This document shows, in pieces, positions 1 through 10,298 of a stretch of DNA of 56,547 bases (position 1 is its first letter; each line of letters opens with the position of its first letter). Source of the stretch: a virus (Duplodnaviria; Caudoviricetes); IMG/VR virus record IMGVR_UViG_3300034116_000182, positions 1 through 56,547 of that record; one strand, written 5' to 3'. Position numbers and translations under genes: made by a program. Under the pieces are notes generated by a model. That model did not search any database, was not told where the DNA came from, and saw only the letters and a list, made by a program, of their open reading frames with translations.

Positions 1-127
1 AGGCTACGCAGATGACGTAGATGAAACCTCTGACGCCTATGTATTTGACAATACAACCCTTAAAATTGACATGCGTGAGCAACGTCGTGAACTGCGTTTG
101 AAATTTGAATCAAACACGTTTAATGGC
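1..127. repeat. Terminal direct repeat, copy 1 (assembly overlap of a circular contig)
   Basis: 1-127 is identical to 56421-56547; 127 is a common de Bruijn k-mer size and the repeat lies inside a continuous ORF. Confidence 0.97.
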
Positions 128-196
128 GATTACTTCATGGGTAGGATTCTTCTCAGTGCCGATATGGGTGACGAACGTTCTACAGGTAACCCATAA
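1..196 (+). CDS. 3' end of the tail tubular/nozzle protein that starts at 54628 and wraps the origin
   Basis: Frame 2 reads GYADDVDETSDAYVF...DERSTGNP* with TAA at 194-196, in frame with 54628 across the junction. Confidence 0.9.
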   Translation, partial: GYADDVDETSDAYVFDNTTLKIDMREQRRELRLKFESNTFNGDYFMGRILLSADMGDERSTGNP

Positions 197-429
197 TGGT
201 TACCTACGATCCTCGCAACATGGAATGGGATTTGTACTGTAGTCTTATGGCGGAGTTGTTTTCGTCCAATGACATTGGTACAGTCCCAGAAGAGAACTGG
301 CGCGATTGGGTCGATGGGATCAACGGTATTGGACTTTTTGGTCAATCAGCTATTCCTGATCAGCGTCTATGTGAGACATGGCAAGACTGGGCGGAACAAA
401 TGGTTGGCATTATGAGTTTGGCTGGATAA
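196..429 (+). CDS. Hypothetical virion-module protein, 77 aa, Trp-rich
   Basis: TAATG coupling to the upstream gene; lies between the nozzle gene and the ejection genes. Confidence 0.8.
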   Translation: MVTYDPRNMEWDLYCSLMAELFSSNDIGTVPEENWRDWVDGINGIGLFGQSAIPDQRLCETWQDWAEQMVGIMSLAG

Positions 430-438
430 GGCAAAAAA

Positions 439-3400
439 ATGGCATTAAGTCAAGCAATGCAATGGGCGCAAGCCAACGGGATGTCTGAAGACGATGTTTA
501 CGACAACATCAATAATTGGTCGTCTCAGTTTTCTGGCGCATCTCAAGCCGATAAAGAAGCGGCTATGGCTCAGTACGGTATCAGTGCAGATGACGTTGCC
601 GCCGCTCAAGCCAAAGTTGCTCCAGCAGGCGGATTATCTAGTGTCATCACTGACAGGAATTCCATTCTTGAAGACACTGCCGCTGACACATCAGGCGCAT
701 CTACAACGTCCCAAGTAGAGACTCCCGCCGAGGCTATCGCTCGTATTGATCGAGAGCAAAAAGAAGCCGCAAGAGTTGCAAACGCAAACTTAGCCGCATT
801 ACAGGCTACTCAAACAACTTCTGGTTTAAGCAATGCCAATCTTATTGGGACAGATACTTCTGCTGGTACGCAAACATACACGCAGGAAGAAGTAAATCAG
901 GCGTTAGTAGACACGCTAGCTGTAGATCCCAACGCAAGCAAAGCAGACATAATGACTGCGGCGGCGGATCTTGGAATTACTCCAGAACAAGTTGAAGCCG
1001 CATACAGCGGATTGGATACGTCTGCAACTGTCGATACATCTACAGTTAGCGGTCTTTCCAGCGTCCAAGAGACTGCCAAAGAAGATAAAAAGACAATTCA
1101 GCTTCAAGGTCAAAACTACGACATTGACACGGCTGTTGCGGACAAATTAGCAGATCAAATTATTGGTCAAGGTCTTACTTCAAAGTGGAAGGGTGAGGGA
1201 TTCGGTTCTGCTGAAGCCAATGCTAAGAACATGGCTGAACAGCTTGCCGCCGCAGGCATCACAGACATCAACCAAGTTGGAATGGTTGATAAGAAAGTAG
1301 ATGTTGCTGTACAGCCTGTATTTGAATCTGTAGATACTGGCGGATACGATGAAAATGGCCCCATCATCATCAACAAAATTGTAGGTTACACGGATGCCAA
1401 TGGAAATCCTGTTGACCCTAGTTTAGTTAAAACTGAAGTTGACTACGGTGGCGAATCTGGTGGAGGTGGTACGACATTCGTTGCCCCTATTGGAACGCAA
1501 AAGGTCATTGGTAACAAAATCACTGGTCAAGAGTTGATCAAAGACTATGACGGTGGTGATTCAGCAACATGGTCAGGAACCTATGCAGGCAAGGGAAACA
1601 CCGCCTATAAGGTTCAATTTGACGCTCAAGGCAAACCGTATTTTTATACCACTGCCCACTCTTCTAACGATCTTAAAAAGATGATGGACGATCTTGGCCC
1701 ACTGGGTCAGATTGGTCTTGCACTTGCTACAGGTGGTTTGTCCATACCGCAACAAATTGCGGCTAACTTAGCTGTAAACGTTTTAAGTGGTAACAACATT
1801 GGTGATGCAATTAAGAGCGCCGCAATAAGCTACGCTGGTGCGCAGATCCCCGGCCTTGACGCGCTCAAAGAAGGTACGTCATTCATCAAAGATCTTGGCT
1901 TGTCACCAGATCTTACAAAGACTCTGACGAATTCGTTCCAGAACGCCGCAGTGTCAGGTGGTACAGCGTTGTTGAGTGGTAAGAACGTTGGTGAGGCCAT
2001 GCTCAAGGGCGCTGTCGCTGGTGGAACAAACGGCGCTGTCAACGCGCTGATGGGAAATATTGACGGCTTCAGCACACTAACTGATACCCAAAAGAAACTG
2101 GTCACGAACGCTGTGACTGGTGTTATCTCAGGTCAGCCACTAGATCAAATTGTTATCAACAGTGCAATTGCCGCCGCCAATGCTGAAGTGGCAAAAGCTA
2201 AAGGTGTGAATCAAGTCGGTACATCCCAAACTGGCACAACTAAAGTTGGTGATGGCACTTCCACACCAACAACGAGTGGTTTAGATTCTTTGGTAAACAA
2301 AGAGATTGAAAGCGCTTTGACTATCGACGCATCTGGTTCTAAGGATGTCAACTCCGCCGCAAAATTTGCTCAGGATCAAGGGTATGACAAGTTCACCTTT
2401 GGTGGCAAAACATACACGATTGAAGGTAACGAAGAAGCAAAAATTGCTGATCTTGAGAAAACGGTCAAAGCAGACATTACAGCCGCCAATCTCAAAGGCG
2501 GAGAGTTTGATGGCCTAGATAAAGCTATTGCAGATGCGACCAAACGCAACACAGTAGTACTTGGCAACGACGAGGCCACCACCCTAGAGGAAGCCGCCGC
2601 CCTTGCAAAGTTGCGTGACCCTACTGCTTCGCAATTTACGATTGGCGGTCAGACATACTCAATGGGTGCATCTAGTTCGGCTGTAGACACCGCCCTCTCC
2701 CAAGCCAAAGTTGAAGAGTTAAAGAACAACATTGCCAACGCGCCGTCAAGAAGCGAAGCATATAAATTGGCTCGTGAAGCTCTTGGTGCTGGTCAGACAT
2801 TTACATGGGATGGTAAGAGCTACAGCACTAACACTGCTGAAGAAGCTAAAAAGATTGCAACTGCTCAAGGTGATGCGCTTAGTGCAAGAAATCTTGCAGG
2901 CGGAACCGCAGAGCAAAAAGCACTGATTGCCGCTCAACGCGACACTGGCGCACGAGCCACTGCCGCAGAAGAGCTTACTAAACAACAAGCCAACGCCAAC
3001 AAAACAATTCAGTCATCAGGATTTTTCTCTGACCTAGCCAACACCATTCAAAATCAAATGAAGTTGAGTAGTGCGGCGGCTAATGACTATTTGAAAAACA
3101 ATCCAAATAGCCCGATCACAAACAGCGTGAGCACGGCATACGAGGCCGCAGGAAACTTGCAAAAGAACGCCGCAGGTGGTTTGGCTTTATTGACAAACAA
3201 CAAACCATTGGCTGACGCTTTTGTAAAAAGTGGTGACGACCTTACAAAGTTCGGTCAGAGCATTGGCAATGGCGTAGAAGATACAAAGAACTGGAACGAA
3301 ACTACATCACTGATCCAAAATGCCAAAGGATGGGAAAAGCTTGGCATCATAGCTGGTCGCATCATGGACGGCAAAAGCGGATTGGGTCGTCAAGTTGAGG

Positions 3401-6027
3401 TGGAGTTGCGTCAAGAGTTGCCCGGTCTGTTCTTGGGTGGTGGTACCGTAAAGGGCATCATGCTTGCCACTGGTGCAATGGACACCGCAGAGACTGCTGG
3501 TAATGCCGCACTGGACGCATACGATGATGCCGTCAAAAAGGGCGCTACCCACAAAGACGCATTGTCGTCTGCTAGAACTGCTGGTGCGGTTGCAGGCGCT
3601 ACAGAAGCGGCTGTTCAATTGACACTTGGCAAACTAGCCGACTTCGGCGCTGGCAAAATTAGCAACGTGGCTGGCAAGGGTACTGCCAAAGTAGTTGGTG
3701 AGGGTGTTGTTGAAGGTGGTCAAGAAGCAGGTGCAGGCGCGGCTGTTGACTTGGCGCTTGGTAATGCGATGGACGCAAACAAGTACATCACCCAAGGTGT
3801 TCTTGGTACGGCTGTTGGTAAAGGAACCGCTGTTGCAACATCGCCAACTGACATTGCCACTTCCGAGACAATCAACAACAACATCTCAACTGCTGTTGCG
3901 ACTGGCGATACCGCAGGGGTAAACTCAGCAATCTCAAATTCTGTCCAACAGTCTTTGAACAGTGGTGCTTCTGTTACTAACGCTGTTAGCACTTCGGTAA
4001 ATTCAGCAATCAGTAACGGTGCTGATGCAAATTCCTCAATTTCCACTGCTGTTTCTACAGCAATTCAAAATGGTTCGGATGTATCGCAAACAGTTACAGC
4101 ATCAATTGATTCTGCTGTTAGTGCTGGTGTTAACGCATCACAGGCAATCAACACTGCAGTATCTTCAGCAATAACCAGTGGTGCAGATGTCAATCAAGTA
4201 ATTAACTCTGCCGTTACATCGGCGATTACTTCTGGCTCAAATACAAACTTAGCAATCAACAACGCTGTATCCGCCGCAATTGGTGCTGGAGCAAATGTAA
4301 ACAGTGCTGTTACTAGCGCAGTGACTACGGCTATCAATGGTGGCGCAAATGCCAACACGTCGGTTGCCGCCGCTGTCAATTCAGCGATTACATCTGGAGT
4401 TAACTCCACTACAGCGATTAACGCCGCAGTTCAAGCGGCTGTCAGTGCTGGTGTAGATGTCAATACAGCAATTAACACAGCCGTTACTACTGCAACCAAC
4501 GTTAATGCCAACACAAACGCAACTACTAACGCAAACGCTAACACCAATCCAAATGCAAACGCTAACGTAAACGCCAATGCGAACACTAACGCCAATGCAA
4601 ATACAAATGCGACTACTAACGCAAACGTAAATGCCAACGCAAATACCAATGCGAATGCAAACACTAATGCGAATGCTAACGTTAATGCAAACGTAAATGC
4701 TAATACAAACGCCAACGCTAATACAAATGTAAACGCAAACACGAATGCAAATACAAATGCAAACACGACTGCAAATACGAACGTAACTGCTGACACTAAC
4801 GTTAATACAACTCCAAATACAAACGTAACTGCCAATACAAATACAGTTTCAAACTTGCCAACTACTAACGTTTCGTCGGTAACCAGTAATTTGCCTACGA
4901 CTAATGTGTTGACGGTGCCTCCTACGACGTCTCCTTTGAGCACCGTTACTGCAACGCCAACGGTTTCAACGCCAACTACTTCTACGCCTACAAAAGGTTC
5001 ACAGCCACCACCAAAGAAGCAAGTTGCAAGGTCTAGCCCTAGCACATGGACTGAACCAAAGTTGGACAGTTCACCTCAATTCTTGAAGGGTGCGCCCAAA
5101 GAGAAGGCTATGCAGTTGGCGGCGTTGAAGCAGATCTACAGTTCGCTCACCCCAGAGATGCAGGAAATCTTTGCCGAGCAAGGTATTGCACCGCCTGAAG
5201 AGGACTTCTCCAAAGAGTCGGACAAAGAATCTGACAAAGAGTCTGAAAAAGATGATAAAAAAGACACAGACAAGAAGAAAAAGAAGTCTGATCGTGAAAA
5301 GACTTACGAAGAATTTTTAGCTGAACAGGAAGCTGAATTGACGCCTGAAGAACAAGCCGCTAGATACGGCACCAAATTTGTTGCCGCTGGTGGTAGTGTT
5401 TTTGATTCAATGACACCAAAATATATTGAATCAGCCAAGAGTTTGACCGCCGCTCCCGTGCCGGGAACTGGTGGTGTGGACGCTCCTCTAAAACTGGCTG
5501 GTTTAAAACACCTCAAGCAAGGCATCGCAAAGCCCCCTAGAGCGATGGCTGAGTATGCCAAAGGGGGGTTGCCTGACAAGTACGCAAAAGCGGCTCCAAA
5601 GGGCCATAATCCTGAATTCATCACTGGATTGACGGGTTTCTATGCTTCTGGAAAAGGTACAGGGCAGTCTGATGACATCCCAGCCATGCTCCATGACGGC
5701 GACTATGTGATCGATGCTGACGCTGTTGCCGCCTTAGGAGACGGCTCTAGCAAGGCTGGTGCGCAGGCTTTGTCGCAATTCCAGTCCAAGGTGCCGCACA
5801 AGATGTCAAGTGGCGGACAGGCCGTTCCTGCCAAGATCGCTGACGGTGAGTACGTATTCCCTGCGGCTTTCGTGACTGCCCTTGGTGGTGGTGACAACAA
5901 ACAGGGATCTAAATTGCTCGATGCGATGCGTGAAGAGTTAAGAGCGCACAAAAGATCCGCTCCTACTAGTAAAATACCACCAAAGGCGAAAAGCCCGTTG
6001 GACTACCTCAGAATGGCGAAAGGCTAA
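439..6027 (+). CDS. Giant internal virion/ejection protein, 1862 aa
   Basis: Position after tail tubular gene; Ala/Gly-rich helical segments; several internal repeats; C-terminal [18 protein letters not shown] / AKIADGEYV motifs of the kind found in tape-measure and ejection proteins. Confidence 0.75.
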   Translation: MALSQAMQWAQANGMSEDDVYDNINNWSSQFSGASQADKEAAMAQYGISADDVAAAQAKVAPAGGLSSVITDRNSILEDTAADTSGASTTSQVETPAEAIARIDREQKEAARVANANLAALQATQTTSGLSNANLIGTDTSAGTQTYTQEEVNQALVDTLAVDPNASKADIMTAAADLGITPEQVEAAYSGLDTSATVDTSTVSGLSSVQETAKEDKKTIQLQGQNYDIDTAVADKLADQIIGQGLTSKWKGEGFGSAEANAKNMAEQLAAAGITDINQVGMVDKKVDVAVQPVFESVDTGGYDENGPIIINKIVGYTDANGNPVDPSLVKTEVDYGGESGGGGTTFVAPIGTQKVIGNKITGQELIKDYDGGDSATWSGTYAGKGNTAYKVQFDAQGKPYFYTTAHSSNDLKKMMDDLGPLGQIGLALATGGLSIPQQIAANLAVNVLSGNNIGDAIKSAAISYAGAQIPGLDALKEGTSFIKDLGLSPDLTKTLTNSFQNAAVSGGTALLSGKNVGEAMLKGAVAGGTNGAVNALMGNIDGFSTLTDTQKKLVTNAVTGVISGQPLDQIVINSAIAAANAEVAKAKGVNQVGTSQTGTTKVGDGTSTPTTSGLDSLVNKEIESALTIDASGSKDVNSAAKFAQDQGYDKFTFGGKTYTIEGNEEAKIADLEKTVKADITAANLKGGEFDGLDKAIADATKRNTVVLGNDEATTLEEAAALAKLRDPTASQFTIGGQTYSMGASSSAVDTALSQAKVEELKNNIANAPSRSEAYKLAREALGAGQTFTWDGKSYSTNTAEEAKKIATAQGDALSARNLAGGTAEQKALIAAQRDTGARATAAEELTKQQANANKTIQSSGFFSDLANTIQNQMKLSSAAANDYLKNNPNSPITNSVSTAYEAAGNLQKNAAGGLALLTNNKPLADAFVKSGDDLTKFGQSIGNGVEDTKNWNETTSLIQNAKGWEKLGIIAGRIMDGKSGLGRQVEVELRQELPGLFLGGGTVKGIMLATGAMDTAETAGNAALDAYDDAVKKGATHKDALSSARTAGAVAGATEAAVQLTLGKLADFGAGKISNVAGKGTAKVVGEGVVEGGQEAGAGAAVDLALGNAMDANKYITQGVLGTAVGKGTAVATSPTDIATSETINNNISTAVATGDTAGVNSAISNSVQQSLNSGASVTNAVSTSVNSAISNGADANSSISTAVSTAIQNGSDVSQTVTASIDSAVSAGVNASQAINTAVSSAITSGADVNQVINSAVTSAITSGSNTNLAINNAVSAAIGAGANVNSAVTSAVTTAINGGANANTSVAAAVNSAITSGVNSTTAINAAVQAAVSAGVDVNTAINTAVTTATNVNANTNATTNANANTNPNANANVNANANTNANANTNATTNANVNANANTNANANTNANANVNANVNANTNANANTNVNANTNANTNANTTANTNVTADTNVNTTPNTNVTANTNTVSNLPTTNVSSVTSNLPTTNVLTVPPTTSPLSTVTATPTVSTPTTSTPTKGSQPPPKKQVARSSPSTWTEPKLDSSPQFLKGAPKEKAMQLAALKQIYSSLTPEMQEIFAEQGIAPPEEDFSKESDKESDKESEKDDKKDTDKKKKKSDREKTYEEFLAEQEAELTPEEQAARYGTKFVAAGGSVFDSMTPKYIESAKSLTAAPVPGTGGVDAPLKLAGLKHLKQGIAKPPRAMAEYAKGGLPDKYAKAAPKGHNPEFITGLTGFYASGKGTGQSDDIPAMLHDGDYVIDADAVAALGDGSSKAGAQALSQFQSKVPHKMSSGGQAVPAKIADGEYVFPAAFVTALGGGDNKQGSKLLDAMREELRAHKRSAPTSKIPPKAKSPLDYLRMAKG
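3949..4488 (+). repeat. Ten tandem 18-aa repeats (consensus about SAI-x-SG-A-[DN]-V-N-x-AI-x-x-AV-[ST])
   Basis: Direct from translation, e.g. [54 protein letters not shown]. Confidence 0.9.
4495..4845 (+). repeat. Asn-alternating low-complexity tract (N-[ATV])n, about 115 aa
   Basis: [15 protein letters not shown]... encoded with mixed synonymous codons. Confidence 0.92.
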
Positions 6028-6029
6028 TC

Positions 6030-7079
6030 ATGGCAAATCTATTGCAAAGTTCCCAAACGCAAGCAACGCAAGCGCCCAGTTATTACACCGACTATCTGAG
6101 CAACATTGCAACACAAGGTGCGAAGCAAATTGATCCCACGACGGGGGCGCAATACATTGGTGCGCAACCTTTGCAAGAAACTGCGTTCGCCAACGTTGGC
6201 GATGCGGCGGCAAATTACCAAGATACGTTGGCAAATGCAGGTACCACTTTAGGTAGTGCTGTCAGCGCGACTAGCCCACTGTCTTCTGCTCAATCATATT
6301 TAGCCGCTGGTGCAAAAGATCCAGCGTCGCAAGTTGCCAACTACATCAATCCATACACAACCAGTGTGTTGAATCAGATTGGCAATCTTGGTCAGCGCAA
6401 CATCATGCAGAACTTGGCACCACAGGCTACCTCAGGTGCTGTGGGTGCTGGTCAGTTTGGATCTAAGCGCGGCGCCGAAGTTTTAGGCCAAACAATTCAA
6501 AACGCTAACCGTGACATTCTTGGTCAGCAAGCGACGTCGGCAGAGAAGGCATATCAGAATGCCTTGGACACAGCGATTAAGCAAAACCAGATCAATGCTC
6601 AGTTGGGTAGCACAGCAGGTACGTTGGCCTCACAGGGTCAGCAGAACTTGACACAAGCTGGCGCCCAACAAGGTCAGTTGGCTTCTACAAACCAAGCGCT
6701 GAACTTGGCTGAGATCAATGCTCTGGCTACACTAGGTGAGCAACAGCGTACATTGAAACAGAACGAGCAGTTGTTCCCATTGAGCAACTTGTCTACGCTG
6801 TCTGGATTGCTCCGTGGCTACAACGTGCCTACAACGACAAAAACAACTGCAGAGATGTCTCCATTGTCTGCATTGGCTGGTATCGGCTCAGGTGCTGTTG
6901 GCTTGTTCACACCTGCTACTGGCGGTGGCGGTACACCATACGACAGCTTGTCTAAAGCTTTGAAGGGCATGACAAGCGGAACCGAAGCAAAAGATCTATT
7001 TGGAAATTTAATCTCAATTGATCCAAGTTATAACTATGAAGGTTCTGTAATGAGTGAAGATGGATTAGGGAGCGTTTAA
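6030..7079 (+). CDS. Ejection/DNA-transfer protein, 349 aa
   Basis: Q/A/G-rich; YINPY and GAGQFGSKR motifs typical of podovirus internal virion proteins; gene context. Confidence 0.65.
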   Translation: MANLLQSSQTQATQAPSYYTDYLSNIATQGAKQIDPTTGAQYIGAQPLQETAFANVGDAAANYQDTLANAGTTLGSAVSATSPLSSAQSYLAAGAKDPASQVANYINPYTTSVLNQIGNLGQRNIMQNLAPQATSGAVGAGQFGSKRGAEVLGQTIQNANRDILGQQATSAEKAYQNALDTAIKQNQINAQLGSTAGTLASQGQQNLTQAGAQQGQLASTNQALNLAEINALATLGEQQRTLKQNEQLFPLSNLSTLSGLLRGYNVPTTTKTTAEMSPLSALAGIGSGAVGLFTPATGGGGTPYDSLSKALKGMTSGTEAKDLFGNLISIDPSYNYEGSVMSEDGLGSV

Positions 7080-7081
7080 AA

Positions 7082-8530
7082 ATGGCTGAATCTAAACCAC
7101 TACCGCTTACTTTGGCTACTGATCCCTCAAGGATCAATCCAACAGGCGCATCTCAAGAAGACTTAACTGAATACCAGAGGTCGCTTGATGCACAGATCAA
7201 GTCTTTGGAAGAGCGTTACGCCAATCCCAATTGGTTCAAGGTTGCCGCAGGGTTCTTGAAGCCTCAACTGGGTGGCTTTGCCGCTTCTCTGGGTTCTGCT
7301 TCACAAGCATTGGGTGAAAGCGTAGAACAGCAACGTGCCGCTCAATTGCCTATTGCACAGATGCGCTCACAACTTGCTCAGTCTAAGATTCTGACAGGTC
7401 AAAACAAAACGCAGTCAGACGAGTTTGAGAAGTGGCGATCCAGTGGTCTTCCAATGGATGAAGCAACATATGCTCGCATTGTTTCTTTGCAACCTGAGTC
7501 TGCTGTAGCAAAGGCCGCAAAAGGCTTTTTTGATGCCGCACAGACTAAAGCAGGAACAACGCAAACCAAACTGCAGACTGAAATCAGCGCAGTTCAAGCG
7601 GCTGGTAAAGATCCACGTATGGATGCATTGGCTGATATTTATTCCACAACGATTACGCCTGAAAAACGTAAGGCGGCGGAAAATATTGTCATGCAGAGCA
7701 GACCGCCACAGATTGAAGCTGACGTATGGGCGGCGATGTCTCCCTATGATCGTGCTGAAGAGTTGCGTAGCTACACAAGAGCACAGCTTGAGTCTGGCAT
7801 GGACAAAGAGAAGTTGTCTGCTGAACAAGCTAAAGGCGCTATGGAGCGTTTGCCACTGTTGCATTCAATTCGTGAGACAGCGGTTCAACCCGGTATGGAC
7901 AAGTTCCTTGGCGTGTTCAAGGGCAATGATTTGTTGAGCATTGTCGGTAGAGCGGCGTCTGAGGGCAGAATTGCAGGCGGTAAGTTGACAGGCTTTGATG
8001 AGTACTACAAACAAGCTAACCTCACCAATGACCAAATTGCCACAGCGCAAAACTTGGTCAAACAGTTGGCTGAATTGCAAGTTAAATCTGGCAACACGAT
8101 CACCAACCCAACCGATATTGCGCGTGAGTTGTACGCGATGGCAACGCCCGGAACTGGCAACACACAGCGCTCATTGTTGACTCTGGTTGATGCACTTGCT
8201 TACTCTGACAAGCATGCGAAAGATCGTCATGCATATGTTATTGAAGGCAAGATCCCGTCACGCAAACTTGAATCCAATACTACTTTGGACAAGATGGAAC
8301 GCGAGTACATGGAGAACAAGTCAAAGCTGTTGACCTCAGATCCGTTCCAACGCCCTGCTGATTGGATTTACAAGACATCATCTCTTGGTGACTATTTGAA
8401 TCCAAAAGCTACTGCACCCACTGCGGCGCCTACGGCTACTGCCGCTCCTGCGGCAAAACCAACTGGTGGTGAGCGCAAGCCGCCTCCCGGCTGGAAGAAA
8501 AATGCTGATGGTAGTTTTTCGAAAGAATAA
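7082..8530 (+). CDS. Ejection/internal virion protein, 482 aa
   Basis: Helical; N-terminal AAGFLKPQLGGFAASLG segment; context among ejection genes. Confidence 0.6.
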   Translation: MAESKPLPLTLATDPSRINPTGASQEDLTEYQRSLDAQIKSLEERYANPNWFKVAAGFLKPQLGGFAASLGSASQALGESVEQQRAAQLPIAQMRSQLAQSKILTGQNKTQSDEFEKWRSSGLPMDEATYARIVSLQPESAVAKAAKGFFDAAQTKAGTTQTKLQTEISAVQAAGKDPRMDALADIYSTTITPEKRKAAENIVMQSRPPQIEADVWAAMSPYDRAEELRSYTRAQLESGMDKEKLSAEQAKGAMERLPLLHSIRETAVQPGMDKFLGVFKGNDLLSIVGRAASEGRIAGGKLTGFDEYYKQANLTNDQIATAQNLVKQLAELQVKSGNTITNPTDIARELYAMATPGTGNTQRSLLTLVDALAYSDKHAKDRHAYVIEGKIPSRKLESNTTLDKMEREYMENKSKLLTSDPFQRPADWIYKTSSLGDYLNPKATAPTAAPTATAAPAAKPTGGERKPPPGWKKNADGSFSKE

Positions 8531-8532
8531 CC

Positions 8533-9705
8533 ATGTCAACAATTGCTGAATACAACAATAACCCCGGCAATATCAAGCCTCCAAAGGGTGTTACGTATGA
8601 TGGTCAAATTGGTGTCGATGACCGAGGCTTTGCTATTTTTGAAAACAAAGACTTTGGTCGTAGGGCTTTAATCAATGACATTCAAATAAAAATAAAAAAT
8701 GGATTGACTAGTCCTGAAGCATTTATCAATCGCTATGCTCCAGCAGGAGATGAGAATGCTGAAGATGCAAGGATGAACTACAAGATTTTTCTTGCAGATC
8801 AACTTGGCATGAAAAGCACAGCAGATAAGTTTCCAGAAGATTCAGCACAAAAGATTGCAGATGCAATTGCTCATTTTGAAGCTGGCACCCGACCTGCGCC
8901 AACTGCCGAAGGTACAGCAGACACAACTCCAAAAGCAAATTTTGACGCGCCTAAAATGGCAAGTTCAAATACTGAAACTGGGTCAGATTCAGGTTCAACA
9001 GCAGAAGAAATTCCTCCATATGTTGGTGGAATTATTGGTGGTGTTACGGGTGCCACGGCTGGTACATCCGCCGCTGTTGCAAAAGCAAAATACGATCTTG
9101 CAGTTGAAGCCTATGACAGGTTTATGGGTAAAAAAGATGCGCCAGAAACAGGCAAAACGGCTGGTGAAAAGTGGGCGGCAAAGACTGGATACGGTAAAGG
9201 CGCTGGAACAGTGCAAGACGTTAGTTCTGCATACCAACGATCTGCTGGCAAGGGAAAAGTTTCAAGCAAGCTGGATAAGTTGTGGGGAGTCGCTCAAGCG
9301 GGTGAAGATCCTCAATTGACTCAACGTTTGATTGACAGAGCAAAAGCCGCAGAACAAGTCACACAAGCTCCAAGCAAACTTGCCAAAGCCGCCACATATC
9401 TTGGTCGATTAGGATCTTTGCCAGTTGCTGGCGGTTTGATGGGTGCGGCGGCAGGCTTTGGTGCGGCAGACATGTATAACCGCTACAGGGCTGGGGAAAA
9501 GGGTGATGCTATTGTTGGTGGCCTTGGTACCGTTGCAAGCCTTGCGGCCCCGTATTTGCCCTCTATGGGGGCATTGCCAGTCGCCGCTATCGCCGCGCCT
9601 TTGTACTTGACAGCATCTGATCGCATTAAGCGCTTGATAAAGCGTCCTGAAGAGATCCAACTTCAAGAAGACGACTTTGACCCTATGGGGAATCCTTTGC
9701 GCTGA
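8533..9705 (+). CDS. Internal virion protein with N-terminal lysozyme-like domain, 390 aa
   Basis: NNNPGNI...GFAIF...GRRAL...RYAP..EN...Y..F pattern of phage virion muramidase-like domains; hydrophobic GxxxG segments near the C-terminus. Confidence 0.65.
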   Translation: MSTIAEYNNNPGNIKPPKGVTYDGQIGVDDRGFAIFENKDFGRRALINDIQIKIKNGLTSPEAFINRYAPAGDENAEDARMNYKIFLADQLGMKSTADKFPEDSAQKIADAIAHFEAGTRPAPTAEGTADTTPKANFDAPKMASSNTETGSDSGSTAEEIPPYVGGIIGGVTGATAGTSAAVAKAKYDLAVEAYDRFMGKKDAPETGKTAGEKWAAKTGYGKGAGTVQDVSSAYQRSAGKGKVSSKLDKLWGVAQAGEDPQLTQRLIDRAKAAEQVTQAPSKLAKAATYLGRLGSLPVAGGLMGAAAGFGAADMYNRYRAGEKGDAIVGGLGTVASLAAPYLPSMGALPVAAIAAPLYLTASDRIKRLIKRPEEIQLQEDDFDPMGNPLR

Positions 9706-9790
9706 GGTAAGCCCAAACCAACAGCCAAAACACTTGTGATGTGATTACTGATCCGATAAAACAAAGAAGTAAGAATATCCAGAAGTTCAT
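9683..9790 (-). CDS. Possible 35-aa membrane peptide (MNFWIFLLLCFIGSV...)
   Basis: Hydrophobic small ORF following the leftward operon; weak RBS; overlaps the end of the convergent gene. Confidence 0.3.
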   Translation of the reverse strand: MNFWIFLLLCFIGSVITSQVFWLLVWAYLSAKDSP

Positions 9791-9794
9791 GATG

Positions 9795-9826
9795 AAGCCC
9801 CCACCGCCAAGTGGGGGTTTTTGTTT
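9795..9826 (+). terminator. Rho-independent terminator at the convergence of late and early operons
   Basis: AAGCCCCCAC-CGCCAA-GTGGGGGTTT followed by TTGTTT. Confidence 0.8.
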
Positions 9827-10043
9827 ACTTGTTACGCCTAACTTCTTGAAGCTTTTCAGCCACAAACGAGTTCATACTGCGGACAACCTTAACGCATTCT
9901 TGACGTTCTATTGCAACGATGGATGGCTTTGCCGCCTCGATGAATGCATGCGCAATCTTCACTAAATCCTCTTCGAGAAAGTTGTAGTTCTCTTCAAGGG
10001 TTACGTTGCGGAAGGCTTCGTTGACTTGTTCTTTGGTGATCAT
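9825..10043 (-). CDS. Hypothetical protein, 72 aa
   Basis: ATGA overlap with the upstream gene; ERQECVKV motif common in small phage proteins. Confidence 0.7.
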   Translation of the reverse strand: MITKEQVNEAFRNVTLEENYNFLEEDLVKIAHAFIEAAKPSIVAIERQECVKVVRSMNSFVAEKLQEVRRNK

Positions 10044-10297
10044 TTTTGCTCCAATGCTAGTTTCTCTGCACGTTTCTTAGCCGTATATCTTCTCATGTAT
10101 TCGGCTTGCTTGGCTTTTTGAGCCGCAGTCTTGGGCTTTTTAGTCTTAACTACTGGAACAAGCTTGGCTTCTAAGATTTTAATCTTTGCTTTTAAAAATG
10201 TGATCTCAGACGCCGCAAGGCTCATGTCTTTAGTTAATGCTTCAACCAATTTAATCTGATCAAACAGATACTTCTTTTCTTCATTTGAAATAAACAT
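10040..10297 (-). CDS. Hypothetical coiled-coil/basic protein
   Basis: GGAGAG RBS before ATG at 10297; coupled to neighbours. Confidence 0.7.
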   Translation of the reverse strand: MFISNEEKKYLFDQIKLVEALTKDMSLAASEITFLKAKIKILEAKLVPVVKTKKPKTAAQKAKQAEYMRRYTAKKRAEKLALEQK

Positions 10298-10298
10298 A

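Noticed and set aside
1-127. Biological terminal repeat or packaging end
   Set aside because: Length equals a typical assembler k-mer and it lies mid-gene; assembly overlap is more likely.
4431-5045. 204-aa hydrophobic minus-strand ORF (FAFVFAL...)
   Set aside because: Antisense shadow of the Asn-alternating tract; no independent support.
9804-9810. CCGCCAA in the terminator loop matching the key of RNA element 1
   Set aside because: A 7-mer is expected several times by chance in 56 kb and the orientation gives no clear mechanism.
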